The translations under genes and the position numbers were made by a program. The notes under the pieces are model-generated. The model was not told where the DNA came from. It worked only from the letters and a program-made list of their open reading frames with translations, and did no database searches. Positions 47,701 to 60,220 of a stretch of DNA of 64,000 nucleotides are shown here, one piece after another; within the stretch, counting starts at the first letter, position 1, and every line of letters starts with the position of its first letter. Source of the stretch: Chiloscyllium plagiosum (taxonomy: Eukaryota); contig NC_057721.1 of the NCBI RefSeq assembly GCF_004010195.1, forward strand, positions 79,324,286 to 79,388,285, written 5' to 3'.

Positions 47701-50700
47701 GTTTACGTGTTACTGAGGATTATATTTGCAATAAATGCTGTTGGTTGCGAATCCTATCAGATTGAATGGAATAGTTGGAGCAACAGTTTGAGGCAATGGG
47801 GAACTTACAAGAGCAAGGGGCTGTGATGGATGGCAATTATAGGAGGGAGAAAAGTCGCAGACACAGTCATATAGATGGGTTAACTCCAGGAAAGGTAAGA
47901 GAGGTAGGTAGATAGATCAGGGATCTTCTGTGGTTACCCCATTTCAAACAGGTATGCTTTGGAAAATGTAGGGGTAATGGATTGTCAGTGGAATGTAGCA
48001 CGAACAGCCAAGTTTCTGGTATTGAGACTGGTTTTAATGCAAAGGTGGGGGGTGTGACCCAGGGAGATGGTGAGGAAAGAGATCAATCTGAGATTGGTAT
48101 AGTTGAGACGGGTTCCAAGAGATCAATTGTATTAGGGGATTCTGTAGTCAGAGGTACAGACAGACGTTTCTGTGGCCAGCAGCGAAAAATCAGAATGGTG
48201 TGTTGCTTCCCTGGTGCCAGGATCAAGGATGTCTCAGAGAGGGTGCAGAATGTTCTCACGGGGGAAAGGGACCAGCAGGAGGTCATTGTCCACATTGGAA
48301 CCAACAGCATAGGAAGGGAAAAGGTTGAGATTCTGAAGCCAGGGAGATAGTGAGGAAAGAGATCAATCTGAGACTGGTACAGTTGAGAACAGAAGCGAGT
48401 CAAACAGTCAGGGCAGGCAGGGACAAGGTAGGACTAATAAATTAAACTGCATTTACTTCAATATAAGGGGCCGAACAGGGAAGGCAGATGAATTGAGGGC
48501 ATGGTTAGGAACTTGGGACTGGGATATCATAGCAATTACAGAAACATGGCTCAGGGATGGGCAGGACTGGCAGCTTAATGTTCCAGGATACAAATGTTAC
48601 AGGAAGGACATAAAGGAAGGCAAGAGAGGAGGGGAAGTGGCGTTTTTGATAAGGGAGAGCATTACAGCTGGACTGAGGGAGGATATTTTCCTGGAAATAC
48701 ATCCAGGGAAGTTATTTGGGTGGAACTGAGAAATAAGAAAGAGATGATCACCTTATTGGGATTGTATTATAGACCCCCTAATAGTCAGTGGGAATTGAGA
48801 AACAAATTTGTGAGGAGATCTCAGTTATCTGTAAGAATAATAGAGTGGTTATGGTAGGGGATTTTAACTTTCCAAACATTGACAGGGACAGCCGTAGTGT
48901 TAAGGGTTTTGATGGAGAGGAATTTGTTAAGTGTGCACGAGGAAATTTTCTGATTCAGTCTGTGGATGTACCTATGAGAGAAGATGCAAAACTTGGGAAA
49001 TAAGGCAGGGCAGGCGACTGAGGTGTCAGTGGGGGAGCATTTGGGACCAGTGATCATAATTCTATTAGTTTTAAAAGAGTGATGAAAAAAGATAGACCGG
49101 ATATAAAAGTTAAAGTTCTAAATTGGGGGAAGGCTAGTTTTGATGGTAATAGGCAAGAACTTTCAAAAGCTGATTGGGGCAGATGTGTGCAGGTAAAGGG
49201 TCGGCTGGAAAATGGGAAGTCTTCAGAAATGAAATAACGAGAATCTAGAGAAAGTATATTCCTGTTAGGGTGAAAGGAAAGGCTGGTAGGTATAGAGAAT
49301 ACTGCATGTTGAAAGAAATTAAGGGTTTGGTTAAGAAAAAGAAGGAATCATATGTCAGGTATAGACAGGAGAGATCAAGTATATCCTTAGATGAGTATAA
49401 AGGCAGTAGGAGTATACTTAAGAGGTAAATCAGGAGGGCAAAACGGGGACATGATATAGCTTTGGTAAATCAGGACAATCCAAAGGATTTTTACAAATAC
49501 ATTAAGGACAAAAGGGTAACTAGGGAGAAAATAGAACCCCTCAAAATCAGCAAGGCGGCCTTTGTGTGGAGCTGCAGAAAATGGGGGAGATACTAAATGA
49601 GTATTTTGCATCAGTATTTACTGTGGAAAAGGATATGGAAGATTAGACTGTAGGGAAATAGATGGTGATATCTTGAAAAATGTCCATATTACAGAGAAGG
49701 AAGTGCTGGATGTCTTGAAAAACATAAAAGTGGATAAATCCCCAGGACCTGATCAGGTGTACCCAAGAACTCTGTGGGAAGCTAGAGAAGTGATTGCTGG
49801 GCCCCTTGCTAAGATATTTATATCATCGATAGTCACAGGTGAGGTGCCAGAAGACTGGAGGTTGGCTAACGTGATGCCACTGTTGAAGAAGGGTGGTAAG
49901 GACAAGCCAGGGAACTACAGACCAATAAGCCTGACCTCTGTGGTGGGCAACTGGTTGGAGGGAATCCTGAGGGACAGGATGTATATGTATTTGGAAAGGC
50001 AAGGACTGATTAGGGATAGTCAATATGGCTTTGTGAGTGGGAAATCATGTCTCACAAACTTGATTGAGTTTTTTGAGGAAGTAACAAAGAGGATTGATGA
50101 GGGATGACACCAAAATTGGAGGTGTAGTGGACAGCGAAGAGGGTTACCTCAGATTACAACAGGATCTGGACCAGATGGGCCAATGGGCTGAGAAGTGGCA
50201 GATGGAATTTAATTTCAATAAATGCAAGATGCTGTATTTTGGGAAAGCAAACCTTAGCAGGACTTATACACTTAATGGTAAGGTCCTAGGGAGTGTTGCT
50301 GAACAAAGAGACCTTGGAGTGCAGGTTCAGAGCTCCTTGAAAGTAGAGTCACAGGTCGATAGGATAGTGAAGAAGGTGTTTGGGATGCTTTTCTTTATTG
50401 GTCAGAGCATTGAGTACGGGAGTTGCAGCTGTACAGGACGTTGGTTAGGCCGCTGTTGGAATATTGCGTGCAATTCTGGTCTCCTTCCTATTGGAAAGAT
50501 GTTGTGAAACTTGAAAGGGTTCAGAAAAGCTTTGCAAGGACGTTGCCAGGGTTGGAGGATTTGAGCTACAGGGAGAGGCTAAACAGGCTGGGGCTGTTTT
50601 CCCTGGAGCATCGGAGGCTGATGGGTGACCTTATAGAGGCTTATAAAATCATGAGGGGCATGGATAGGGTAAATTGATAAAGTCTTTCCCTGGGGTGGGG

Positions 50701-53700
50701 GAGTCCAGAACTAGGAGGCATAGGTTTAGGGTGAGAGGGGAAAGATATAAAAGAGACCAAATAGGCAACTTTTTCACACAGAGGATGGTGCGTGTATGGA
50801 ATGAGCTGCCAGATGAACTGGTGGAGGCTAGTACAATTGCAACATTTAAAAGGCACCTCGATGGGTATATGAATAGGAAGAGTTTGGAGGGATATGGGCT
50901 GGGTACTGGCAGGTGGGACTAGATTTGTTTGGTATGTCTGGTATGCATGGACAAGATGGACCGAAGGGTCTGTTTCCATGCTGTACATCTGTATGACTCT
51001 GTGACTCTATGACTGTTCAATGTTCCAAGTTCATTGTTCTATGTTCTCAGATTCACTGCAGAAATTCGCCAAAGACCTTTAGATAGCATTTACCAAACTC
51101 ATGACCATGATCATCTAGAAAGACAATGGCAGCGGATACATGGGAACACCATTCCCTGCAAGCTCCCCTCCAAGTCATTCACTATCCTGACTTGGAAATA
51201 TATCGCTGTTCCTTCAGCATCACTCGGTCAAAATCCTGGAACTTACATTTTGGGACTACATACAGCACATGGATTGTGGTGATTTGAGAAGGCAGCTCAC
51301 CACCAGCCTCTCAATGACATAAGAATGGACAATAAATGCTGGTCCTGCCAGGATTGCCCATGTCCCACAAGTGAATAAAACAATTTCCTGCAATGCAAAA
51401 CTGGCACATTTCAAAAATTACTTGATTGGCTGTAAAACAGTTTGAGAGGCCCTGAAAATGTAAAAGGTGCTTTATGAATGTTTCAGTGTTTCAGTTTCCC
51501 GGCCTACAGTGTACGATGGCATGGAGCCTGAAGAGTAGGTTGGGGAAGTGGGCACCTGCCTGGCAGGAACATGGGTCAAGAGGCTCAAAACCAATATTTA
51601 TTCTTCATCCCTAATCATTCTCAAGAAGGTCATGTGAAGGTCCAGGGGAGCAGGGACACCCACAATGTCATTAGAGAGAGAACGTCTCTCCCAGGACGTT
51701 GACCAAACAACACTAGGGGAATGGCAATATATTTGTATGTCAGGATGACGAGTGGTTTGGGGGGGGGGGGTTGGTGCTAGATTTCAAGTGGTGGCATCCC
51801 CATGTATCTGCTGCCCTTGTCCTTCTAGCTAAGGCAGAAGCTGTCAAAGGAGGATTGGTAAGCTGTTGCAGTGAACTTTGTGAATGATACGCCACACTAA
51901 TCGTGGAACAAATGAATATGTGAGAAAGCCCACCACTGAATTAATCTCAGCAACTATGGTGAATGTCAATGTAAGAGTCAAAGCATCTTCGCAGCAGTCA
52001 CCCTGTCAAGAGCTGCAGGTTGTCAGAAAGATCACCTCTCCTTCTTCTGAACGCCAGTGAGTACAATGCCAATGGAAAGCAAGGTACCTTGGATGTTGGA
52101 GACCTGAAATAAAAACAGAAAGCATTGGAGAAACTTAGCAGGTCTGGCAGTATCAATAGAGTTTCTACCAATGTGGAAAATGTAGTGCTCCTCCTTCAAC
52201 TTGCTTTGAGACCTGTAAGAGAAATATGAGCATGAAAGCAAAGCGGCCTATTGGAATGGGGATTTGTTCTCAGAAGAGCTGATCTATTTTCTGCTATTAA
52301 CACCTACTCTTTACCTATATCACTTCATGACTGCTATTATTCCCTTGCTTTTCGCTCCTTGACCATCTATTTTACTTGCTGTTGCTTCTGTCCCTCATCC
52401 CCATCCACAGCATGCCCAGTTTGATTTGAGGAATGCCCAATTCAGAATCCTCTGAACTTGGCTTTTCCTTCTGTGCTATAATCATTAACACCTTCTCTCT
52501 TGCTTTCCTTCCCGATCAAAATAACTTTGGAGCATATTCACATGAGACACTCTGTGAGATTCCTTCCTGTTTGGAATCCTTATCAAGTCGTTCACCTCAC
52601 TTAATTTCTTCTCGATTTGATGAGGTCCACTTAACCTTGTTTTTGAAAGCTCTCCTGTTACTGGAAGTAACACCAATACTTCAGCTTCAAATGCAAAATT
52701 GTGAATTTTTGATTTCTTATCCACTTCCTGTTTCATTGTATACTTTGATACTTTTAAATGCTGTCTAGCCAATTCTCCAGCTCTATTTAGTCATTCTCTA
52801 AAATTTGACAAATACTTCAAATGGGTGATCTCTGAATTCTGACTTATTAATTTCTCCTTAATCAATTTTAACGGTCCTCTTACTTAGTGCCCCAAAATTA
52901 AATCAAATGGACTGAATTTGGTCGATTCATTCAGTGCATCTCTGATCGCAAAAAGTACAAATGTCTGGATAATCCTGACCATAAGCCCTCAACATTGCCT
53001 TTAATGCTTGATGCCATCTCTCTAGTGCTCCCTGCAATTCTGGATGGTATGCGGCAGATTTGAATTGTTTTATTCCCAAGTTATCTATGAATAGTTTGGA
53101 TGTGAAGTTTGATCCTTGATCTGACTGGATTTCTATTGGCAGGCCGTATCGAGTAAAAAATCTAAGTGGTTCTTTGACAACCTTTTTAGCTGTAATGTTG
53201 TGTAATGGGATTGCCTCTGGAAATCTAGTCGACACATCCATTATTGTTAATAAATACTTATTCCCACTTTTTGTTTGAGGTAGGGGAACTACGCAATCAA
53301 TCAAGAATCTGTGAAAGATTCCTCAAATGCTGGAATAGGTATTAAAGGTGCAGGTTTTATTACTGCCTGTGGTTTTCCGATTAGCTGACATGCATGACAT
53401 GTCTGGCAAAATTCAACTACACCTTGCAGTAATTCAATGACAACTTGTACTGTTGAACAGTAAAAATGCATTTGCATTTTAGCCTGTGTTTTCACCCTGA
53501 AACGACTTCCAAGTGATAGCTTGGAAGCTATCAGCATCACTCTCAGCACCTCCTTTTGAGACCCTACTGGCAAAACAATTTGATGAATCTCTGTCCATTT
53601 ATTATCTGCTTAGATATTTGATGGTTTCCATTTCCTCATTAAGACATCATTTGTTCAGTAATAACACACAGGAATGCATTAACTTTCTTTCTCTGAAGAT

Positions 53701-56700
53701 GCCTTTTGATTTAACTGTTTTAACTCCTCATCTTTCTGCTGTAATTCAATCAGTTTAGTAGAGCTAAAGATACTGGCATGTTTAGCTATTTGCTTCTTCT
53801 CTGTTCCACTTATCTGATCAAAAAAGATCTCGGATAATGCTATGTAAGCTTCCTTATCTGTGTCTTTTGATCTCTTCTGCTTCAACTTGTGCCTCCGTGA
53901 TCTTGTGATCACACAATCTGGGAAAATTCCTGGACAAACATTCTTCATGTCTTCAGTTGCCTGCATCTCCACTGGCTTTTCAACTAGAGTAGGCAGCACA
54001 CCTACCGGTGAATCAGCTATATCATTTCCAAGGACAAATTGAATTCCTGAAGCTGAGAGTTTGTCCAGTACTCCAACTACAAATTCTCTACGTTTCTCTG
54101 GATCCTCTAGCCTCATTTTACATAACTAAGCACTCTTTGTCTCACAATGAATTCCTGTTACCAGAACCTTTTCTAGCAATAGTCCCTCATCCTTCAGCTT
54201 TAAGACTGAAAGGATTCCTGTGTTCCTTAATATTGTAACCTCTTTACCTACTACTCCTGGCCTATGTGAATAAACTTTACCCTTGCATGTATATTTTTTA
54301 AGCAGATCTGGCACTTCCTCCTTAATCAACCTCTGATCATCTTGTACGCTCTGAAGCAGTTGTCTAACGTCCCCTGAGCTTTTTGCTACTCATCGGGTTT
54401 TCCGACATCTGGCTTTCTCTGAGCCCACCAACACTGTGTTTTATTACAATGAAAACACCGGAGCTTTTTAACTTCTTTGTCCCCCTCAAAGGTGTTTTTT
54501 TTACCCTGTGGTAGGTTATCCTGATGATCTTCACTGAGATCTACCATTCCCTTTCCAGATGAGGATTTCTCTTTACCCCAATTTCTATCCCTCAGAGACT
54601 GAAATTGATTCTGGAAGCCAAACCATGTTTTATGGACCTGCTCATAGTCATCAGCCCCTTCAGCTGCTGACCTCGCTGTTTTAACTCTCTGCTCTTCCAC
54701 ATGAGTTTTCACTACTTCCTCACTGAGCCTACCCTCAATCTTTATCTCCAGCCTTTTAAGCTGACTTTCCTTTTTAAGTGTCAGTTTTTGAAGTTCAAAC
54801 ACTCTTTTTCCCTCTCTTCTGCTTCTAATTGTAACTCAAACTTTCATTTCTACTGCCTTTTCCTTACCTCTCACCTCTAACTCAAGCTGCTTCATTTGCA
54901 ATTGAATTCTTGCCATCTCTATAGATTCTAATGGTTTCTCCAGCAAGTTTAAATGCTGAGCTATTGCTGTAATCTCATTTCCCCACAGAAGCAAACACTT
55001 CCAATTCCAGCTTCCCTGCTAATTCCTGCAGCTTGGTCTTATTCAATTTTTGCAAAACATCCATAGTCACAGCATCCACATCCAGAAACCTTTTGGTGAC
55101 TGAAAGAGCCATTCCTATCCCAAACTTTGTCTACCCACCCAAACCAACATCCGAAATACAAACACTAACACCGACCACTCGCTGTTTACAATCCTGCCAA
55201 GAGCCCCCAGTCTGTTATGGACTCAGCTAGACCACTCAAAACCTGCTTCAGCAGTCAGCTCAGCCCATAACCTTGCAATTTATTTCAGTAGGTGTAGTGT
55301 AAATTACCCAGATTAAGTTAGCTGGGTTGGCTCCGAGATTTTAAAACAGACAAAAATGTATTCACAAAATTACACAATGAAACACAAAGAACAGAATAAA
55401 GACTATCCAACAAGACTGAGTTCTGTAGGGGTCCTTTTTTCTGTTCCACATATACACAACTGCCCCAATAAGCAAACTCCCTTTAAAAATCAGTTTGAAT
55501 GGATCACATGCTTACAGATTGAAGTTGAAGGGCAGAAAGAGAGAGAGAGTATCCACACAGCTCCCTGTTGAAATTCCAACCCGTTCAAGACTGAACTAAA
55601 ACTGCTCAGTTCAGCTAAAGAACTGACCACTCTCCTCTCTTTATACAGGTCACTTCTAAAACATGACCACTTTGGCCTGAAGTCTCATCTGTTTACACAT
55701 ATAAAAAAGGCCTCTCAAAATCTTTTTCATCTCTGTACCAAACCAGACTGATTCAGAGCCCAGCCTGGTTTATTACCCCTCTGAAACAAATCAAGGTCAG
55801 AGTATCCTTGAACCAAGGAACAGCTTTTAGAAACAAAAAGGGACTAGCTTTGTGATACTATATCCCTGGTCACTGATCCCTCCATCAAGTGGATAAGTTT
55901 CTTCCTGTCTACCCTGTCAATGCCCACATAATTTTATCCATCTCAATCATGCCCTCCCTTCCAGATCCACTGCTCCATGGAAAACAACACCAGTCTATCC
56001 AATCTCTCTTCATAACTCTCCAGCCCAGGCACCAGGAGTAAATCTCCTCTGCACCCTCTCCAGTGCTATCACATCCCTCCTATAATGTGGATTCCAGAAC
56101 TGCATGCAATACTCCAGCTGTGGCCCAACCAACATTTCATACAGTTCCAGCATAATGCCCCCTGCTGTTAAACTCTATGCCTCGACTAATAAAGACAAAT
56201 ATCCCATATGCTTTCTTAACCACTTTATCTACCTGTCCTAATGACCAGTAGTCATACAAGGTCCCTCTGATCCTCAGGACTTCCCAGGGTCATTGATAAT
56301 AGAGTTGCTGTACTTCAAGGTGAGCATCAGAGTGTCTTGGAAGATTTTTCTTTGTCCTTCCCTAGAACATGGGCCATCTTAGATTTCAGAAAACAGGAGA
56401 TTCCCTGGAAGGTGAGATATTGGTCAACTAAACACAGCTCCTCGATTGATGTAATGCTCAGTATGTAACTCTCCTTCAGTCACCATTCCTTCCTGGGGAA
56501 ATCACCTTGTGATTAGAAAGAGATGTCACTGTTGTTTGTGAGGTATCGTTGATGTTGGGGGCAGTTAGTTTAGATGGCTGGCTTGAGATTCATTGATAGT
56601 ACCAACAACATTGGTTCAATCCCCACCATGATGGCCGACCTTCTGAAGCTGCCCCTTTGTCTGAAATGCGGTGACCATCAGGTTAAACTGCCGCTTGTCC

Positions 56701-59226
56701 TCTCTTTCCGTTGACACAGTGGGGCAAGAAAAACTTGCACTTTTTAATGATGTGAACTCTATTTGAGTCTATCAATTGAGTTGTTTGCTGGGATTGTGTG
56801 GCCTACCCTAAATACCCCCTAACTTCAGCTTGGCTCTCTCTAATGGCACAATGGTTTTGTTGTAAAAGAGCAACTAAAAACTAAAGCTAAATTTATTCAT
56901 TTCTTATTGTAGGTTTGCTGGATGATGATATCACTGATGATATTCAATGTGTAAAGTCTGTGGTTGTTACTCAGCTTGGAATGGATATCTGGTATGTTTT
57001 GAGCCCTGCTTTATTATTTAGTTTCTCGCTGCCTCTGTGAACCATGATGACAATTTAATATGACAGAAACCAGACTTAAAGGGAATGCAAGGTGAAGAGC
57101 TAGGGTTCACAGTACAATACATCATCATGGTATGAAGAAAGTCGATTGAATCAGAGAAATGGTGAAATTGAAAGTCAGGGTTGCCTGTTTAGAAGGTGGG
57201 AACTGGACAAGGTGATGGGGATCTGAGACTTTTAGGATATTTAGGATATTTTTGTGGTAGAACATGCCTGAGCTATGAAGGATGTCATTGCCTACCATGA
57301 GTTCTCTCAGGACACCCATGGAACTTGCAGCCAATGTCGTCAATGTTGGTATTCGGCCAACTTTCTGCAGCTGGTGACACCTCAGGCTTTTCTCATGGTC
57401 ATACCAGAGGGTAGAGATTTGAACAGCCGTTCCTGAGAACATGCACCAGCAAGTTCAATGCTTGCCTCACTTTCTTAAAAAGGTAGAAGTTTGTTTTCTC
57501 AAAAGGGAGATCCACAGTGCAGCCATTTCTGAGGCAGCGTGCCCTTATTTCAATTGGGTTGAATGACTTGATGGGATTGGCTCAGCTTTTTGCTGTGAAT
57601 ATTGTCAGCACATACATAAAGATTATTTGTGATTTTACCCTGCCATCAGATTCACCTTTTAGGTCACTCTGTGGTTAGCACTACTGCCTCACTGCGCCAG
57701 GGACCCAGGTTCGATTCTGGCCTTGGGTAACTGTCTGTGTGGAGTTTGCACATTCTCCCAGTGGCTGTGTGGGTTTCCTCCCATAGTCCAAAGATGCGTA
57801 ATTTAGGTGGATTAGAGCTATAGAGATATACAGAAGGGAAACAGACACTTTGGTCCAACTCATCTATGACAACCAGAAACCCTAAATCAGTCAAGTCCCA
57901 TTTGCCAGCATTTGGCCCATGTCCCTCCAAACCCTTCCTATTCATATACCCATCCAGATGCCTTTTAAATGTTGTAGTTGTATCAGACTCCATCACTTCC
58001 TCTGGCAGTACTTTCCAGACATGCACCACCTTCTGTGTGAAAAAGTTACCCCATAGGTCCCTCTTTCCCCTCTCACCGGAAACCTACACCCTCTAGTTTT
58101 GGGCTCCCCTACCCCAAGGAAAAGCCCTTGTCCATTTACTGTATCTCTGCCACTCTACAAGGTCACTCCTCAGTCTAAATTGCCCCGTAGTTTGTAGAGA
58201 TCTGTGGGGCAAGTGACCAGCTATGGTAAATGTGGGATTATAGAGATGAGATGGTGCTGGGTGGGGTGCTCTTCAGAGAGTCAGTGTAGACTGAATGGGC
58301 TGAAGGGCCTCTTTCTGCACTGTAGGGACACTATGAATCCTGGTGGGCCTCAGTGGTGTAAACATAACAGAGATTTGAAGTGACAGCCCCAGTAGAACCA
58401 GGATTCTGCACCATTTGGCAGGGAGGTAAAAAAACAATTGACTGGGGAAGGTTGAATCTGGACTTCACTTTAATACCATGCTGTTTACAAACCATAAGGT
58501 ATAGGAGTAAAAATTAGGTCATTTGGCCCATTGAGTCTAATCTGACATTCAGTCATGACTGATAAGTTTCACAACCCAATTCTCACATATGTTTCCTTGT
58601 AACCTTTGATCCCAGTTGATACTCAAGAACCTATCTATCTCTGTTTTAAATATACTCAATGACCTGGCCTCCACCGCCTTCTGTGGCAGTGAATTCCACA
58701 GATTCACCACTCTCTGGCTGAAGAAGATTCTCCTCATCTCCGTTCTAAAGGGTCTTCCCTTTACTCTAAGGCTGTGGCCTCCAGTCTTAGGGGGTTTCTC
58801 CTGCTAATGGAAATATCTTCCCAAACCCCATTCCATCCAGGCCTTTCAGCACTCTGTAAGTTTCAATTATATCCCCTCTCAGCCTTCTAAACTCTATCAA
58901 GTATAGACCCAGAGTCCTCAAACATTCCTCATATGTTCAGCCTTCATTCTCAGGAGTCTCCTTTGGACTCGCTCCAGGACCAGTGCATCTTTCCTGAGAT
59001 ATGGGGCCCACAATTACTCACAATATTCTAAATGTGAGACCCAAAGGGCTGAATGACCTATTTCTGGACTAGAATGGCATATAGCTGAGTGGAATGAATG
59101 GGACTCTTCTTGTTCAAAGTTCCTGCTTTTTCCAGCTTTAACATTGTTTTCCATTGCAGGTCTGGCTGGAAGAAGAAGTGCATGGGGCAAGATCTCAGTC
59201 ATCTTCTGGATAGTTGCAGAATGTGA
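41590..59226 (+). CDS. calcium-binding lysozyme/alpha-lactalbumin-like gene C, join(41590..41719,44299..44472,56913..56991,59160..59226), 149 aa
   Basis: Spliced ORF of 450 nt: [149 protein letters not shown]. Has 8 Cys, canonical splice sites and phases, and no stops or frameshifts. Confidence 0.93.
42339..42373 (+). ncRNA. minimal hammerhead ribozyme motif (PLE family B variant), sense in gene C intron 1
   Basis: CAC-CTGACGA-A-GGAGC agt GCTCC-GAAA-GT-TT-GTG. Confidence 0.55.
44299..44472 (+). CDS. lysozyme-like gene C exon 2
   Basis: Acceptor aattttag; [13 protein letters not shown]...[15 protein letters not shown]...C...C; donor GTAAGT at 44473. Confidence 0.95.
45053..45417. mobile_element. 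Tc1/mariner-pogo type MITE
   Basis: About 23-bp terminal inverted repeats C(C/T)GTA(T/C)ATA(T/C)TC(A/G)AGTAATAGTC, with a TA duplication on both sides. Confidence 0.75.
45685..47210 (+). mobile_element. CR1-like LINE, decayed RT half
   Basis: YMDF.KAFDKV, QGS.LGP, KFVADT and C-terminal motifs. Confidence 0.85.
47210..51015 (+). mobile_element. near-full-length decayed CR1-like LINE (ORF1 esterase + ORF2 APE/RT)
   Basis: ORF1 SGNH esterase motifs (VLGDS...[10 protein letters not shown]...VHIGTN); APE endonuclease ([16 protein letters not shown]); RT ([16 protein letters not shown]); (tgactc)n-like tail. Frameshifts and an internal RT deletion at about 50101. Confidence 0.9.
52430..55857 (-). 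mobile_element. decayed Gmr1-like Ty3/Gypsy element (gag-PR-IN, RT missing) in gene C intron 2
   Basis: On the - strand: LTR 55857-55213; PBS TGGGGGCTC (tRNA-Pro type) at 55209-55201; gag with CFHC knuckle; protease end (VLGND); integrase Zn finger (CQTCHACQ) and core (IDCV.PLP...[16 protein letters not shown]...SDQGSNF). Confidence 0.85.
55870..56290 (-). mobile_element. CR1-like LINE fragment
   Basis: Reverse complement contains the LEYC.QFW.P.Y..D..ALE RT C-terminal motif. Confidence 0.65.
56913..56991 (+). CDS. lysozyme-like gene C exon 3 (Ca2+-binding loop)
   Basis: Acceptor ttcttattgtag; [27 protein letters not shown]; 79 nt; donor GTATGT. Confidence 0.93.
57663..58335 (+). mobile_element. 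HE1-like SINE interrupted by an antisense CR1 3' end (about 57820-58175)
   Basis: SINE head and core, then a reversed LINE tail, then the SINE resumes. Confidence 0.75.
59160..59226 (+). CDS. lysozyme-like gene C exon 4
   Basis: Acceptor ttttccattgcag; (W)[24 protein letters not shown]; 67 nt, as in gene B. Confidence 0.92.
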
Positions 59227-59524
59227 AGACAGAAGAGCCAATGCTCAGCTTTACACTTTGTACCTCACCTCTCACATCTTCACATTGCCAGCGCATTTAC
59301 ATCTCATTAACCTGGACTTGCAGGAGCTGCTAATTAGTCAGGCCTGGGAATCATTTGCTGTTGACCCCCCCAACCTGATCAGTGTTTGGAAGGCAGTGTA
59401 GGACTGTGAATTTTCATCTGTGGTTCACTGCCATGAAGTTCCTGAATCAGTTCCCCCTTCCTCCTGCTGAGAGAGGGGTGATGGCCTTCAATGAGCTTCA
59501 GTGTCACTGGGCAGTACAGGATGA

Positions 59525-59530
59525 AATAAA
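59525..59530 (+). promoter_or_regulatory. candidate polyadenylation signal of gene C
   Basis: First AATAAA seen after the stop codon, about 300 nt downstream. Confidence 0.5.
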
Positions 59531-59884
59531 ACAGTCGACTGACCCGGAAAGACCATCAGATACAGGAGCAGAAGTAGACCATTCAGCCCATCGAGTGAGC
59601 TCTGCCATTCAATCCCCTTAAACCTTGATTCCCTTCCTCAGCAAAAATCTAACTCAGCCTTGGATATTCTATTTGAGACCAACAACAAAATTTCTCTTCA
59701 AGATGTTGCTATTAATCTCACAATTTCAAATGATGAGAGTGTGATGGTAAGGGACAGAGTCCCTGAGAAGGTCTATTAACATGCTCCAACCTCACACCAA
59801 TTCCCTTCATTGTTTGACTTCTGCTTCTGCAATGCATTGAGCTCCTGTTCTGTTTTGATCTGGCTAATAGAATCACAGAATCAT

Positions 59885-60220
59885 CATAGAATCACTACAG
59901 TGTGGAAATAGGCCATTCGGCCCAGCAAGTCCACACCAACCCTTCAAAGAGTAACTCACCCAGACCCATTCCCCTACCCTATTACTCTACATTTCCCATG
60001 ACTAACGCACCTAGCATACACATCCCTGAACACTATGGGACAATTTATCCAAGGATGCTGCCTGACCTGCTGCGCTTTTCCAGCAACACATTTTCAGCTC
60101 TGATCTCCAGCATCTGCAGTCCTCACTTTCTCCTCGACAATTTAGCACAGCCAATTCACATAACATGGTCATCTTTGGATTGTGGGAGGAAACTGGAGCA
60201 CGCAGAGGAAACCCACGCAT
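59885..60220 (-). mobile_element. HE1-like SINE with a nested PLE family A terminus
   Basis: Insert at 60048-60136 flanked by a gacaattta duplication. Confidence 0.75.

Noticed and set aside
47982-48350. Host GDSL lipase/esterase gene
   Set aside because: It is the ORF1 esterase domain of a CR1-like LINE, directly followed by APE and RT.
41590-59226. Calling gene C a true alpha-lactalbumin (LALBA, lactose synthase subunit)
   Set aside because: It lacks the galactosyltransferase-binding residues (F31/H32 are D/I; no Q117-W118), retains Glu35, and has a lysozyme-type C-terminus.
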